Shown here: positions 63,921 through 64,000 of the stretch, one piece after another
Layout of the letters: each line of letters begins with the position of its first letter
Numbering within the stretch: the stretch's first letter is position 1
DNA from: Eledone cirrhosa
Taxonomy: Eukaryota
Direction: 5' to 3'
Assembly: GCA_964016885.1 (NCBI GenBank)
Contig: OZ024755.1
Span: forward strand, 32,364,001 to 32,428,000
DNA length: 64,000 nucleotides
Notes under the pieces: model-generated
What the model was told of the DNA's origin: nothing
The model's input: the letters and a program-made list of their open reading frames with translations, nothing else
Databases searched by the model: none
Translations under genes and position numbers: made by a program

Positions 63921-64000
63921 TTATTACAATATATAAGTTAAAGAAGACAGCTCTAAAAGATGGTGGATTGGCAGAATTGTTAGAGCATTGGAAAAATGCC

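Overview
AT-rich, repeat-saturated animal DNA that looks intronic or intergenic. The repeat inventory (tRNA/CORE SINEs with (TGA)n tails, RTE and CR1 LINE fragments, long (TA)n and (CAT)n tracts) strongly suggests a cephalopod, probably Octopus; this is an inference. I cannot support any intact host gene, and nearly all supplied ORFs are microsatellite or TE translations. Recognisable contents: (1) a TTAA-flanked piggyBac-type MITE family with many nested and tandem-expanded copies; (2) at least four tRNA-derived SINE families; (3) 5'-truncated RTE LINEs, the longest carrying a C4HC3 PHD-like finger after the RT and a deletion of the RT catalytic core; (4) CR1 fragments; (5) non-autonomous Helitrons; (6) many minisatellites that are tandem amplifications of slices of these TEs. 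The most interesting signal is a set of short non-coding fold-back elements, mostly inserted in (TA)n tracts, that carry hammerhead ribozyme motifs from several unrelated families. Complete minimal type I hammerheads lie at 9581-9645, 44917-44982 and 57342-57423; half or variant motifs lie near 8.0, 48.1, 56.5, 57.8 and 58.1 kb. Their layout matches Penelope-like pseudo-LTR remnants or retrozyme-like elements. All coordinates and pairings were read by eye and may be off by a few bases.
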